Shown here: in pieces, positions 49,342 to 62,343 of the stretch
How positions within the stretch are numbered: the first letter of the stretch is position 1
How the letters are laid out: every line of letters starts with the position of its first letter
Source: Mytilus trossulus
Taxonomy: Eukaryota
Length of the DNA: 64,000 nucleotides
Direction of reading: 5' to 3'
Assembly: GCF_036588685.1 (NCBI RefSeq)
Contig: NC_086384.1
Location: 31,062,001 to 31,126,000, forward strand
Made by a program: the position numbers and the translations under genes
Notes under the pieces: generated by a model
The model's input: only the letters and a program-made list of their open reading frames with translations
The model's database searches: none
What the model was told of the DNA's origin: nothing

Positions 49342-50192
49342 GTAAATATAAATAATCTGTTGGTTTAGCAATCTTATGTGGTTTAATTATGAAAGTTGAG
49401 AAGAAGAATACCAAACACATCTTTCAGATATGTGTGTGTGTGTTCCGGTAGTGGAGAATAAACAAAAATCAACCAATCGCGATAGCTTGGTATAATAACA
49501 TTTCTCTAATTTTATGTAAATTTACCCCTTTCCCAACCCATTGTATAAAAAAAAATTAATCAACGTGTGGTTGACGATGATCTCAACAGATCATTCGATG
49601 ATTTTAAGTGTCATGACCTTTTTAGCTTACTGGATGAATCAAAATATGCTATAACAGGTGTTAATGAAATTGACGACTTCGTGAAATGTGGAAGGCACTC
49701 GACAATGCTCGAAGGAAATTTTCGTTTAACAAAAAAATAAAATGTATTATTTAAGCATTAGAGAAACAGAATCTTACATAGTTATTCGTGGATTATTGGA
49801 GTTATCCAATCTCGATAGTTATACAGGCATTTTCTTAGGTAAAAAAAATGGTGGATTTTATAGCTATAGCTAAACCTCTCACTTGTAAGACAATCGCATC
49901 AAATTCCATTATATTGAAAAAGATGAGTGGACAACACATACAGACAAAATAGGTAAAACTGTCAAAAATAGGGAAACACCAGTCAATGCATTGTCACAGT
50001 ACCGATTTTAAAGCAAACAAAACTTTTGAAATTTCATGGGAGTATTATTTATGTTTATTGGTCTTTATGGATACGAACGGAACACAATTTACAAGGAGTT
50101 GCAAACTTGGGATACGTATATCATTCATAATATACTACTAACAAATATACTTTTTGATGCGTTACTTTTATTTTCAAAAAATGAAAATGAAG

Positions 50193-50363
50193 GAGTTTTT
50201 TTAAAAACCAAGAATAACGCAGAAATCGACATTCTGACAGCTTCTTTTGTTTCTGGTGGCATATGTTTTGTATTAATTATGATATGGTTGGTACGGATTT
50301 TTCGGAAAAGGCGAATTAAAAGGAAACAAATTCAGAGCTTAGCAGTTCGACTTCCATCGATGG
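50193..50363 (+). CDS. TNFR-B transmembrane exon
   Basis: GVFLKTKNNAEIDILTASFVSGGICFVLIMIWLVRIFRKRRIKRKQIQSLAVRLPSM|gtaagt; acceptor position is approximate. Confidence 0.78.
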
Positions 50364-50975
50364 GTAAGTATCTGCATAAACACAACAAAAAGTCGACAGC
50401 AGTTTTTTTAGGGGGATAGAATCTGTGATATCAGTAATGAAACGTGTACATTTTTAACGGTAAAAAGTTAATTAAGCAGTTCCCTTTTCAAGAATGTGAC
50501 CTATCGAATTATACTATTTACCGGGTTTGTAACAACATAAGCAAACATGTCGAATGTCACATGTGGAGCAGGATCTGTCTATCCTTCATGGGCACCTGCG
50601 ATCACTTCCAGTTTTGAAAGGGGTTGTGTTGCTTAGTATTTTGTTTTCTATGTTGTGTCTTGTGTACTATTATTTTGTCTGTTTCTCTTTTTCTTTTTTG
50701 CCATGGTGTTGTAAGTTTTCATTATTTTCGATCTATGAGTTAGACTTCCCTCTGTTATCTTTCGCCCCTCTTTAATAATACGATTGGAATTCTTTATACG
50801 TTGCGACACTAACGCAGAGCTGAATGGCTAGAAAAAAATGTTGTACAGACGTCATTGTTGAAGAAATTAACAAGCAGTTCATTTTTCGTAATCGATCCTC
50901 TCAAAGTGCGTTTAATATGAAACGTTAAATATTATAAAATAACATGTTTTATCTTTTTGTTTTGAAGTCCACTAG

Positions 50976-51032
50976 ATGACCATACACCATCGAATGAATA
51001 TGACTGGATACAAGCCTACAGATCAACTGAGG
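50976..51032 (+). CDS. TNFR-B juxtamembrane exon
   Basis: ctag|DDHTPSNEYDWIQAYRSTE|gtaaat; resembles DDFMRDIPPWMKD of TNFR-A. Confidence 0.6.
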
Positions 51033-51044
51033 GTAAATAAGTAT

Positions 51045-51182
51045 AGATTATAACATGCCCTTTTCCATATTGGCTCTGGTATCATCCCGAGACTCCCATA
51101 TCGGCCTCGAGGCTTTAGCCGAGGGCCGATATGGGTCGAGGGATGATACCCGGGCCAATATGGAAAAGACATGTTATAATCT
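51045..51182. repeat. Long imperfect palindrome (hairpin)
   Basis: AGATTATAACATG..TTTTCCATATTGGC..CCCATATCGGCC / GGCCGATATGGG..GCCAATATGGAAAA..CATGTTATAATCT. Confidence 0.85.
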
Positions 51183-52105
51183 TTTTATCACATATTTAAG
51201 TTCTGCAGAAAAGAGAGAAAAAAAACGTCAATTACATAAAAGGTAAAGTCTTAAGGGAATTATCACAAACGTGTTGTTAAGGATGCAATGACGTCTCGTC
51301 ATTAGGAACAGGGCACAATATGGATATGTCTTTTTTGCCCCGGGCAATTTTGAGGTTATTGCATATGCAAAACCCGACGTATTCGTTACAAATATGTGAT
51401 AAATGTTCTTATATATTTTTATCATTTTTGTTATTTATTTTTTTAAATATACACGAGAAATCAAAGCTTCGATTAGATTATATCAGATATACAGAATTCT
51501 CTTATGGTTTTAACATGTTCTTGAATGAACTGATATATCCCGTATCCAACTATACGGAGTGTGATTCGATAGTGATAAAAAAAAATCTGCAGTAATGTTA
51601 TTTGCTTAAATACTGCACTCGTTCTATTTGAGCAGTCAAAATGCGTTGACCGTATAATTCTATGTCATATACAGTCACTGGCCTGATATCACTTTTCCTC
51701 GTGAATATTTAAATAGAAATTGTCGAAATTATATTTTATTATTCATATGACCTCTTCGACCTGTTCTTGTTTCCAATGTAAACAACGATGCATTTAACGA
51801 CTCACACTTGTTTCTTTTACAATTTTTCGGAAAGCATATTTCGTTTATCAATATTTTTTGTTTGCAACCTATAAATCATTATGTTTATGTTCATTGTTGA
51901 TATGTTAGTCTGTAAACAAACGAATTCGTTCTCCCTTGATTGCGGTTTTCAACAGGTAATGATGTACGTTTCATCGTGTTGTATATTTCTCCGCCTGTGT
52001 GATATGAGGCCTTTTTAAAGGTTTTTTTCCCGAATATTTAAAGCAAATAAATAACATTAACACACTAAAAAACAATTGAAATTGGTTTTTTAGATTGCAG
52101 TATAA

Positions 52106-52254
52106 AGACAACAATAGTGCATTGACTTGACATATCAACGATATAAGGTTTCGGCACGAAACGGGGGAAATGCTCGGTACAGCCTCGCATTTCCCCGTTT
52201 CTAAGCCTCATCCTTACATCGTTGATATGTCAAGTCAATGCATTATATTTGTCT
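52106..52254. repeat. Long imperfect palindrome (hairpin)
   Basis: TGCATTGACTTGACATATCAACGAT / ATCGTTGATATGTCAAGTCAATGCA. Confidence 0.85.
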
Positions 52255-52609
52255 ATATCCAGCATCATGCGACGATTTTACGACTTTTTATAATTTGATA
52301 TTCGTTAGATCAGTGATATCTTTTAAAGATTAGGACGGTGTACATTACATGGCAACGGACATTTGTGATACCTTCAATGACATATAAAACACTCTAACTA
52401 AAAATGCTTTATCTGCATGTATGCATGGAAATTAAAAGTTAGATGCTTAAAACGAAAATATGACGCCATACTGTTTTAAGCAAAAAACTAGTTTACCTAT
52501 TCGTGGAATTTTATATTTAATTACTTAATTTATTAATATTCTTATTAATATTGCCATGTATGCATGGTATAGATGCATTAAACAAATGTATCGTTCTTTA
52601 ATACAACAG

Positions 52610-52703
52610 AAGGTGAATACGATTGGAAATAGACTTTTTCATGAATGCACATCCAAACCTGAGATAATTGGCCATTGGGAACAGTTTATAAGGATATTAT
52701 GCA
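52610..52703 (+). CDS. TNFR-B death-domain-like exon 1 (frameshifted)
   Basis: EGEYDW[+1 A]NRLFHECTSKPEIIGHWEQFIRILC aligns with DVVNWPKLFGCCSTQGFVLPDWESFIRDLC. Confidence 0.75.
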
Positions 52704-53079
52704 GTAAGTATGAATTCATAAATCGTATATTAAGTTATTAGTAATACATGTACTTTAGTCTCAGAGGCATGATTTGTTTTTTATTAGTTGTAAGTGACTT
52801 TGAACTAGCTGTCAGATAACTTCTCAGATCGGTTAATAGTGTCTTTTTGTGTCGAGATGTATAAGTACCCGGCCACGTCCACTTGTATTTTTTGTCTATC
52901 TGATGAGTTAAGCCTTTTTCAGCTGATTTTTATAGTTCGTTCTTATGTTGTACTGTTTTACCACTGTCCCTGGTTAGGGTTAGGGGGTCCCGTTAACATT
53001 TTTAACCCCGCCACATTATTTATGTATGTGCCTGTCACAAGTCAGGAGCCTGTATTTTTTGTCGTTTTGTCGTTCATTT

Positions 53080-53278
53080 TTTTACATAAATAAGGCCGTT
53101 AGTTTTCTCGTTTGAATTGTTTTACATTGTCTCATCGGGGCCTTTTATAGCTGACTATGCGGTATGGGCTTTGCTCATTGTTGAAGGCCGTACGGTGACC
53201 TATAGTTGTTAATGTTTGTGTCATTTTGGTCTTTTGTGGATAGTTGTCTCATTGGCCATCATACCACATCTTCTTTTT
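53080..53278 (-). repeat. Abundant short dispersed repeat family (GATGTGGTATGATTGCCAATGAGACAACT...)
   Basis: Related copies or fragments at about 2958, 4730, 4937, 5524, 11700(-), 25500(-), 46855 and 59328. Confidence 0.75.
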
Positions 53279-53793
53279 AATATTTAAATACGTTTTTTTT
53301 TTTAAACATTCCAATAAAAAGTGTCTGTACAAAATTATTGAGGTTGTATACGATGACATACAGAAGGAATTAAATCCGTAATATCATTATGAAAGATTGA
53401 TCTCATGCATCACACATGTTTGCCTTACCATCTTAGCGAATTATACAAAACGAATATCTTCTTAAACAACTTAAATATGAACCACTGTCAAAAACAAATA
53501 TTACCGCTCATATATACATTTTGATAGGCAGTCGGTAATATAAAGCCAGTACATCAAACAACAAAGACATAAAATAACTACACATGTGTTTGAATAGATG
53601 CGTTCAAATATTTATAATCAGTCATGTCGGTTGTTGCGCTTTTTTTTGTCAGCTACATGTATCTTGATTAAAAATAATAATAAAATTGAGAATGGAAATG
53701 GGCCCCTAAACAAATATAACCAGTTTTATTTGCTAATTGAAAATTAAGCGGAATAAAATAATCTAAGACAGCAGAGAAGACAATTATGATTAA

Positions 53794-54177
53794 GTGCCAG
53801 TCTTTGTAAGAATCAGGCAATTTAGGTAAAAATGAAAACATGATGAGAAAAAACCCACCGAGCTAATCATGCTATTTAATACTCATCATCATTCTGAGTT
53901 AAAAATTATTAGTCTTTCGTTTGTGTGTGTCTGGTAATAGGAAATAACTTCGTTAGAAAATTGGTTAGAATGATAGCAAATTACAGAGTTATCTCCCCTT
54001 ATTTGTAAATTTCTAGTGCATTTCAACCAAATTGTATCTTCTATTACCAGAACAGAAAATGGAAATGAATGTTATTTTTGTGCATAACTACATATTATGA
54101 ACTGAAATCAATGTCAAATTGGGTGTTTTTTTTTGGTCATGTTTACACCACTGCCTGATTCTTAGGCAGACTGACAC
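53794..54177. mobile_element. MITE flanked by TTAA
   Basis: ttaa-GTGCCAGTCT..TAAGAATCAGGCA...TGCCTGATTCTTA..AGACTGACAC-ttaa. Confidence 0.6.
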
Positions 54178-55012
54178 TTAATTGGTTATTTCTAACCGAT
54201 TGAAATAAAAGAGTGAACTACTATTACTGTAAATGTATCCTACTTAATTTAAACGATAAATTGTTGAAATTAGATATATATAACTTGGTTTCACGTGCAG
54301 AGAAATTTCTTTTATGACAAATGCATTGATGATTGGATATCATCTTTCTTGTTGGTCAATGGCCTTGCGGGTCAGCACGAGTTCACGTGTAAGTGCATCG
54401 TGGTCACTTCCTTTTATCAACAGCATTTGATGTGTTAACTTGTGATTCTTATCAAACAATTTGTTCAAAATTCCCACCAACATACTGCCCTTTATATTAT
54501 CTTTTGAAGTAGATATGTATATTTATGGGGCAGTTTTTCTCCCCACCATTGCTATTCTTTGTCATTTATTCAATTGACATGATATTAGTTGATGTAATTT
54601 CGTAATAATTATGTATTATTATTTCATATTGAATATGAACTTTTATGTCAAATGTTTTATTTGCAAAATGTATTTTTTTGCATTTTATGATTTTGAATAA
54701 ATGACCTTTTTTTCGTCAGTTTGGTTTTTTATATCATATAGCAAATCAAGCTCACACTCTGGTTTGTGTATACGTAGTATGTTTATGATATCTAGCTGTC
54801 TGTCTTAAATACTAGTCGTTCTCTCATCAAAATATGAACATATAAAATGATAAAAACCGTGTTTCGTTGGGTGACCTGTATCTGTGTGTTAATAATGATT
54901 ATACCAGCTTACTTAATTTAGTTTGGTTTAATCATATTTTCTTAGTAAATAATAGAAAACAACAAAAAATATGTATGCACATATAATGACAATGGCTTTG
55001 CTTACCATTTAG

Positions 55013-55221
55013 TTACATCTAGTAAAAGCTCCACGGCAGAACAAATCATTGCAGAAATAACCATAGGATATGAACAGACGAGAGTAAAGGACAGAATATA
55101 CAATGCACTACGTTTATGGAGTGAAAAGTGTTATTCAGTTGGTGATGAACATATGGTTATAGTATTTACTGACAGCTTCTATAAACACCAAGAAGAGTAT
55201 AATCAAACACGCTCGAGATAG
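55013..55221 (+). CDS. TNFR-B death-domain-like exon 2 (terminal)
   Basis: ttag|TSSKSSTAEQIIAEITIGYEQTRVKDRIYNALRLWSEKCYSVGDEHMVIVFTDSFYKHQEEYNQTRSR*; colinear with the TNFR-A last exon. Confidence 0.78.
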
Positions 55222-55996
55222 CAGCGAGTGTGTTGATTTTTAGAATAGTGTGGTATTTCAACATGAAATTTTAAAATTATGTCATCATTTTGGTGTTAAT
55301 ATTTGCAAAAACAGTTTGTCAATCCTTTTGAAGTCATACTTGTTATGTTGTTATAGAAAAATTATGAATTGCCAAAGACAAAATTTTAATATAACATATT
55401 AATAAAAGAATACGAGGATAACATTTCTAAACATCCGTTTTAAGATTGATTTAGTCGATCAACAAAAAGCATATTTTTTTTTTTGCACAATTAAATAGTA
55501 ACCTGTCAATTCAGAAAGTATTGCAAAGTTTATTATTAATGCAAATACTGTGACTATATAGCTAGGTGATCATGAGTTTCTCAATAAAAAGAATTCACTG
55601 TATCATTTCACTTTGTTTTTCAGTATTTCATCATATATAAGGGAAGAATCAACCACTTATACCAATTTGTAGGACAAAATTGAAGATAATAGATAAATTA
55701 TCCATGAGATACCAAAGTCTTTAGAATATTAAAAAGCGTGAAGGTTTATGGTATTTGCAAAATATCTTTTATTTTTGTATTGTTTAACTACATTTCATAA
55801 ATATTTGTTTTATTTATATGATAGTTTACATATTTTCATTACATTTGATCACGACAACGGTAGATTCTATCAGCAAGATATCATGACGTTGAACATTGAA
55901 TTTTTTCATGTTTTTTGTCTTTCATTTCTGTCATTTGTTACCATGCTATAATATGTCTTTTTTTGTTTTATATCATACCATGTCTTTCATTTATTG

Positions 55997-58900
55997 TAGT
56001 GGGAGAAATTATGGACATAATTGTGCAAATCGTGATACAAGCATGAAACTTGGTATAAAGGTTAACAAAATGATACTTATATAAAATCCGCTGCTGGCCA
56101 GAAAAAATAATCTATTTTTCAAGATGGCCACCACATATTTTGAAAATGGCGTCATAACAAATTAGCCAATATTTGTTAATCCTTTGAAAGGTGTGTTATA
56201 TGTAAAATCCATTGTTAAATTTGACAAAAAGAAAATGACAGTTCATAAATAACGACTAGACAATACATTAATGAAACTTAAGGTGACTTCCGGTTTCAAA
56301 ATGTCGGCTAACGAGTCAAAAATTTCGTTTTTTTTTTTCTTTCAAGCAATTTTACAAGGGATTTTAATCATTGAAAGATGTGTTATGTATAATTCAATGT
56401 AAGATATGATAAAACGTTAAAAACAGCTCCTTAGTACGACAAAACAACACATGACTGAAGAAAAATAGTGCTTTCCGGTTACAAATTAGATGCAAATACG
56501 TAACAAATATTTTAATAATTTTCATCAACTTAACAAGTAATAACACAAGCATGAAATACAAGCATGAAATACAAGCATGAAATTTGGTATACAGGTAGAC
56601 TAAACGATAAATAAAAGAAATCAGGTGCTGGCCATCAAAAATTTCTATTTTTTCAAGATGGCAACCGATCATTTTGCAAATGGCGTCAAATCCAGTTGTA
56701 AATCTTTGAAAGTTGTTTTATAGGTATAATCCAATGTAAGGTTTTATTTAGCGTAAATTACAGTTCCTTAAGGTGGATAAGGATGTTTTGTTAAAAAAAA
56801 ATCCTCCAATAGATTTCTACAATATACAAAAACAACACATAAATGACAGAAAAGAGTGATTTCCGGTTTCAAAATGGCGGCAGCATTTTTGAAAATGTAT
56901 TTTTTTTATAATTTTCATCAATTTAACAAGTGATATCACATTCTTTGTTAAGATTAAATGTCTAGTTTTGTTAGAAAGACAGGTTCATTATCTTAAAATT
57001 ATCGGACAGTAGCCAATAACAAAACTCGTATAAGGAAGGACAGAACGGTAGCATTTACAGTCACCAACACAACTGGATTTTTCGCCTCCTCATTTCAAAA
57101 GTTCCCGACAGGAGGATGCAACTTTAACGGTAGCCGAAGAAGTCCTCGATTTTTTCTTTCATCCAACCCCAGTGTTCATGAATTGGTACATAAATCAGGC
57201 TGAGCCCAAACTTATCCCCCTTGATACGCTGCTCTTTGGATGTGCTCCAAAAAAACACTCTTGTAGGCGGAACTACATCACAATGCCGCTGCTTCCTGGG
57301 TAAAAATTTACATCGTGCCTTGTTAACAGCAAATAGTGATATTGTTCTGTCATACATGATGCAAACAAATGCTTCTTTTATGTCCTTGTATGTGTCTTTA
57401 TACTTCAGCAAAGAAATAAGTACGTCCCTACCATGTTGAAATACTTCCTGTCATCAAAACTTACCTATTCCCTTAGTGTAACATGCACTGAATGTATGAA
57501 TGAAAGGAAGAGTAGCTACACGAGGACCAAACGCATTTGATATATCACGTACAGGAAGCCATCAAAAGTCTTCATTCGTGCCAAAACCTATCAACAGTTT
57601 GTTCCACCATATATTTGGAGTGCTGCAATTCTTAATACTACTACATCTGTGTCGGTGCTACCTTAAATTACCGTCCTACAACAATTTTCATAATCAGGCC
57701 GAACATGGACAAACATTCGTATATCTGCTTCTCCATGCTTACAAGGAGTGGCTGGAAAGTATCATTATAAGTCTCTACAGAAGCATTTCTGTCGGCAAGA
57801 CACTTAAAAAAATTCTTTTCGTTGTCATCTTCATAGAGAAAACTACTCCAGAACCCAACTTTTGTCTTCTCATATCTAGCCTTTCAATGATTCATTTAGT
57901 AAATCTAAAACAATATCTACTCTTGAATACTTATCGATGCAAGATTTTATTTAAAACCGTATAACACAATTGCAAAATCATCAAATATTGATTCCCTACA
58001 AGGTCAGTGTATATAAAGTGCGAATCCAGCTAGTTCATTTTTACTGTTATATGCGGGTATGTCTATTGTAGAATAAAGGATCATGGGAAAACTGTATTTG
58101 TTTACGTTTTGAAAATATCAAGTTAAAGGATTTTAAGTTAAGTTTTAAGATATTTTCATTGTGTTATGTCTTTATGATATACAAACATAGCATTAAAGTT
58201 CAAATAAGTGTTATAAAAGCATCATAATATAGCATATCGATTATTGAAAGCGATCCATTTTAACTATAGATGCGATGAATTATCACTGTTAATGCAGTCA
58301 TTATTAATGTAGAATTTTCAAAGATGCGAGGAATTTTTATTGTAGAATTATGTGATAAATGCACTTGCAACAAATGAAAAAAAAACTTTGTTGATGACTT
58401 TTGGATTTATGATACATGTATTTTCAATTGAAATACAAACTCCTCATTCATTCTTCATCAAATATATAGCTTTTCAAACTTGTAACAAAAGCGATTCTCA
58501 AAATGTCATATTGTATTATTCAGATTACGTTTCTCCTTGATTTGAACTTATATAGGGAATCACTGGAGCGTGACAGCAGCGGGCCCTCTTAGGCAGTCAG
58601 TGAGCCCCTACTTATGAAAAATTCTAGATCCCTGAATGGATACTACCGCAGAGGTAAAACCATGCACATTTGGGTTATTGTACACGAAATGCATGCTACA
58701 ATTCATTTTTGTTCATTTTAGACCCTTTGGAACTCTATGTGGGCTATTTCAGCAACTAGGCAAAAAATCCCCAAACTAGATACACGGTTAGATTCAGCAT
58801 GTCAACGAATTCCAAATATCTATATTAAAGGACTTTTGTCTAAAAATTTGGACCCCACAAAATTGAAAGAGGGACCAAAAAAAATTAAAAAAATGCATGC

Positions 58901-61900
58901 ATCGGATACATTTGTTATTGAAGGCATGACTGTAACAATAGGATGAATATACAAAAATATCTTATTCTGGGGTCTCATTGGGGGGTTCTGATCCCGGATC
59001 CCGCTTACTGTTTTGGCAGATATCCGTATTCCGCTTATTGTTTTGTCAGATTCCCGTATCCCGCTTATACTATGCAGTTCTAATTTTTTGTAATTATCCG
59101 TGTCCCGCTAGACTTCATTTCCCGTTTTTCACTACACAATCATTTGACTTTCACCTGTCACGCTTGCAAAAAATCGGCAATCCGGCGTGACGCTTATACC
59201 CAAATGCGACCCACTATTTTACTCTATTTTGACTCATATTAAGCCCATTATAAATATATTAAAAAAGTAGCGTGGATTTTTTTTTATCCCTTTTTATCCC
59301 GTCGCGTTTCTTTTTTGAGCCATATATAGATGTCGTATGTGACAATGAGACAACTCTCCATCCGAGTCACAATTTATAAAAGTAGACCATTATACGTCAA
59401 AATACGTCTTCAACATGGAGTCTTCGCTCACACCGAACAGCAAGTTTTAAAGGGCTCCAGTGTAAAACCTTTTAAACGGGAAAACATAGGTGCAATATAT
59501 ATCAAGATGTACGTAATTAGTGGTGAAGTGTCATGGAAATGGATAAAAAAAATAAGGATAAAGGTCCCTATACGCTTTATAAGAAACTAAATGGAATACA
59601 TTTGAAATAAATGTTATTTCTATTGAATATATTAGAGTGTTTTAAAACCAAACTTTCCTCCGTAAGTTAAATTTTATCAAATCTTTCTCTTACTTTATCT
59701 ATTGTTTGAGCAAGTCGGCTAAATTAAGGCTTTACAGCTAATTTCCTAATGCATGCAAAGCAAAAATTTGGTTGGCTTGCTTGCTTTGTTTGTATAATTG
59801 TTTATACAAACTTTGTAAATAAGATTGACATTTTTAAACAATATGAATAGGCATAGTTTAACCTGTATTTTTAATATTTGAATTAAATTGGGTGTTATCA
59901 TAATGATTATCCAAAAAAGCAAGCAAATCAACTAAAGTCTTGCTCTACATGCCTAAAGAAATGAGCTGTAATAGATAAAAAAATAAATAAATTATACAGT
60001 GAAAATGCACCGCATATACAATAATAATGATTCGCTCCACAGTGAAAATGAAAAAATAGTATCATTTTTCGACAGTAAACATGACTAGCATTACGAAATC
60101 ATCATAGTGGGATTTAGTTAAATATGAAGAAACTGAATGACAAAACATATTCTACGTTATACAACATTAATAATTGTATTAAAATGAATATTTTTTACTG
60201 CAACAACATCTTATATGTTAGTTATAAAGCACCTGCACGATCTGTTCGTGAAATGTCCTAAATATTCACCTATTTTGGTATATATTTCACAGCTGGATGT
60301 CTTTAGGCGCGATAAAACCCCGCTCGCATCTCTTACTTTGTTTTATTAGTATTATGTATTTCTGAACATATACATTTTAAACTTATTTTCTTTCATTTTC
60401 TTCAAAAATTAAAAAAAGTTCGTCTGTTTATTTATCATTCTACATTAGACATTTATTGCATATACAGTAAAAATGATATTTTAGGATCCGCACTTTACAT
60501 ACACTGCAAGGTGGCCTGGAATTAACCATTGCTGCTCTATCAACGATAAATGCTGTTTAAAATGACATCCGAAGACAAAAAACGGAGGAGCAGTTTGTCT
60601 ATATGGATTTAGAAATATTCCAAATCAATTTGTCCACTGCGACAAAAAATTAAAGTCTAGAAAAGATATATAATAGCTCTAGCTTTGTTTTTTTTACAAA
60701 AAACGTTTACAGTTTTATTTTACCGACATAATAGGAGTTGTTCTTTTTAATCTGGTTATAAGAAACCGGTTCTCCTTCGTTTTGTATTTGCTTCAAACGA
60801 TCTTCAAATTATTTGCCTTTGATCTTTTTAAAGAAACCCTTGTGTGTTCATTAAGTCGTTCATCTATTATAGAATGCCTCAAACCACTAGATCTTGCAAA
60901 TTCATCTGATAGTCTACTGACTTCTGGTCTAGCTACCATCAATACGTCTAAATGAGGTCTTCGGTTAAATCTATGACAACACATCGCCCTTTATAAATGC
61001 ATTATTCTGCTTTTGTCTGATCAATTGTGTTATAAGAAAAATATTTTCTGGTCTTACGTAGAGTAAAATTATCATTTTCAAAATCAATTGCCACCTGTGG
61101 GTGACTTAAGAGAAGGGAAGCCATATCTCGGAGAAGGTCGGTCGCGATCGAGAATATGTTACATGATCAAGACCTAAATTAATACAGTATCATGCTTTAT
61201 ATGGACTGTTTGTACAAAATCTGACTAATGAAATAAGCATACTACCAAATTCACAAGAAGTTCTTATTTTATAATTGAACGCCAGGAATTGAACTGTGGT
61301 AGAGGTGACTATATTTTCTTACGCCAGTCTATCAAATCATTGAACGTCACAGAGGCATGACATGATTATAATTTCTGTGTTTAGCTTTCTTAAGCCGATA
61401 TATACCTTTCAAGCTAAAACACATAGAGTTATCTGATGCGCGTGTCTAGTCTTAGGTACATTTGAACATACAAACAAGAATATGCCATTCTAGGTGTTGC
61501 AATAATGGTTTTAGTGAGGACACATGACACATGTGTCCATCTACCTTCACGTAATATATCACCCAGAATTTTATAACAAGTCATTTCAATGTGAAATCCA
61601 CCTTACATGACGATAAACTTATCTTCTCTGTACAAATCAGGCAATTCACACTTAACATCCTTTACCAAAAGTGGCTGATCTGCCGTTACTATTTATGTTT
61701 TTCTCGTTTTAACCACATTTTTCGTCTTATCCATCAAATACCTGATCATTGCAACTGAATTGGCTTGTTTTTAAACAGTGGCATCATAGATTTTACACTT
61801 ACTTGCTTTTTAGAGTAATGAGATGAACTACTATTTATACCAGTTTGCCCTGGTTGTGCATACAAATCACTCATTATGTCTATAAATAGTTTGCGCATGT

Positions 61901-62343
61901 GCAAAATTGTTAAATCATGTGTGTTATAACCTTGAAAAATGTTATCAAACCAAATCATAATATCATTGAAAATCCCAAATCACTTATTTTATAGTAAATA
62001 GTTAAAATATTTTTTAATGAATTTTGTCATTTTTTCGCGCATGCGCAAACCCGGTTTGTGTCAAATACTTATGTCTAGTGAATTATTCACATGTAAAGAA
62101 GGTAGCTACCAAGCCTGACAGCTGCTTTTCACTAAAAGAAGGTAAACGAAAAGTTTTCCAGAAAAAATCAGTATTTTCAAACTGAAAAAACAGCCATTTT
62201 AGAAAACGGCGGAGGCCATCTTGAAAAAATTATTTTTTTTAATGGCCAGCAGTTGTTTCTTTAAAAGTATATAATAAAGATGCTTTGTGGTAATTTTCAT
62301 GCTTGTATCTTCATTTGCACAATTCCCTCGATTTTGCCTGCTA
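55997..62343 (-). mobile_element. Highly decayed Academ (AcademX-type) DNA transposon
   Basis: Imperfect TIRs TAG..AATTGTGCAAAT..GATACAAGCATGAAA..TTTTTCAAGATGGCC at both ends. Minus-strand remnants: MPLF..QANSVAMIR..VTADQPL..EDKFIVM*GGFHIEM (about 61790-61570), XPG-like TDTDVVVL..IGFG..WLPV..LPFIH..GIGK (about 57660-57460), and MYDRT..VNKAR..VPPT..WGW (about 57380-57160). Confidence 0.7.
58969..59212. mobile_element. MITE nested in the Academ remnant
   Basis: GGGGTCTCATTGGG / CCCAAATGCGACCC ends with internal about 30-bp ATCCCGCTTA repeats. Confidence 0.55.

Larger units (their letters stand above)
41823..55221 (+). pseudogene. Second TNFR-superfamily paralog (TNFR-B), disrupted in this assembly; exons 41823-41972, 49177-49341, 50193-50363, 50976-51032, 52610-52703, 55013-55221
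   Basis: Exon-by-exon homology to TNFR-A. No counterpart of the 274-nt CRD exon was found (phase-0 donor vs phase-1 acceptor), and the DD exon is 94 nt vs 93 nt, giving TAG at 52630-52632. Confidence 0.7.

Noticed and set aside
57500-57964. 154-aa plus-strand ORF and other short F/I/L-rich ORFs in the track
   Set aside because: Antisense to Academ remnants or within AT-rich repeats and introns; no domain signal or splice structure.
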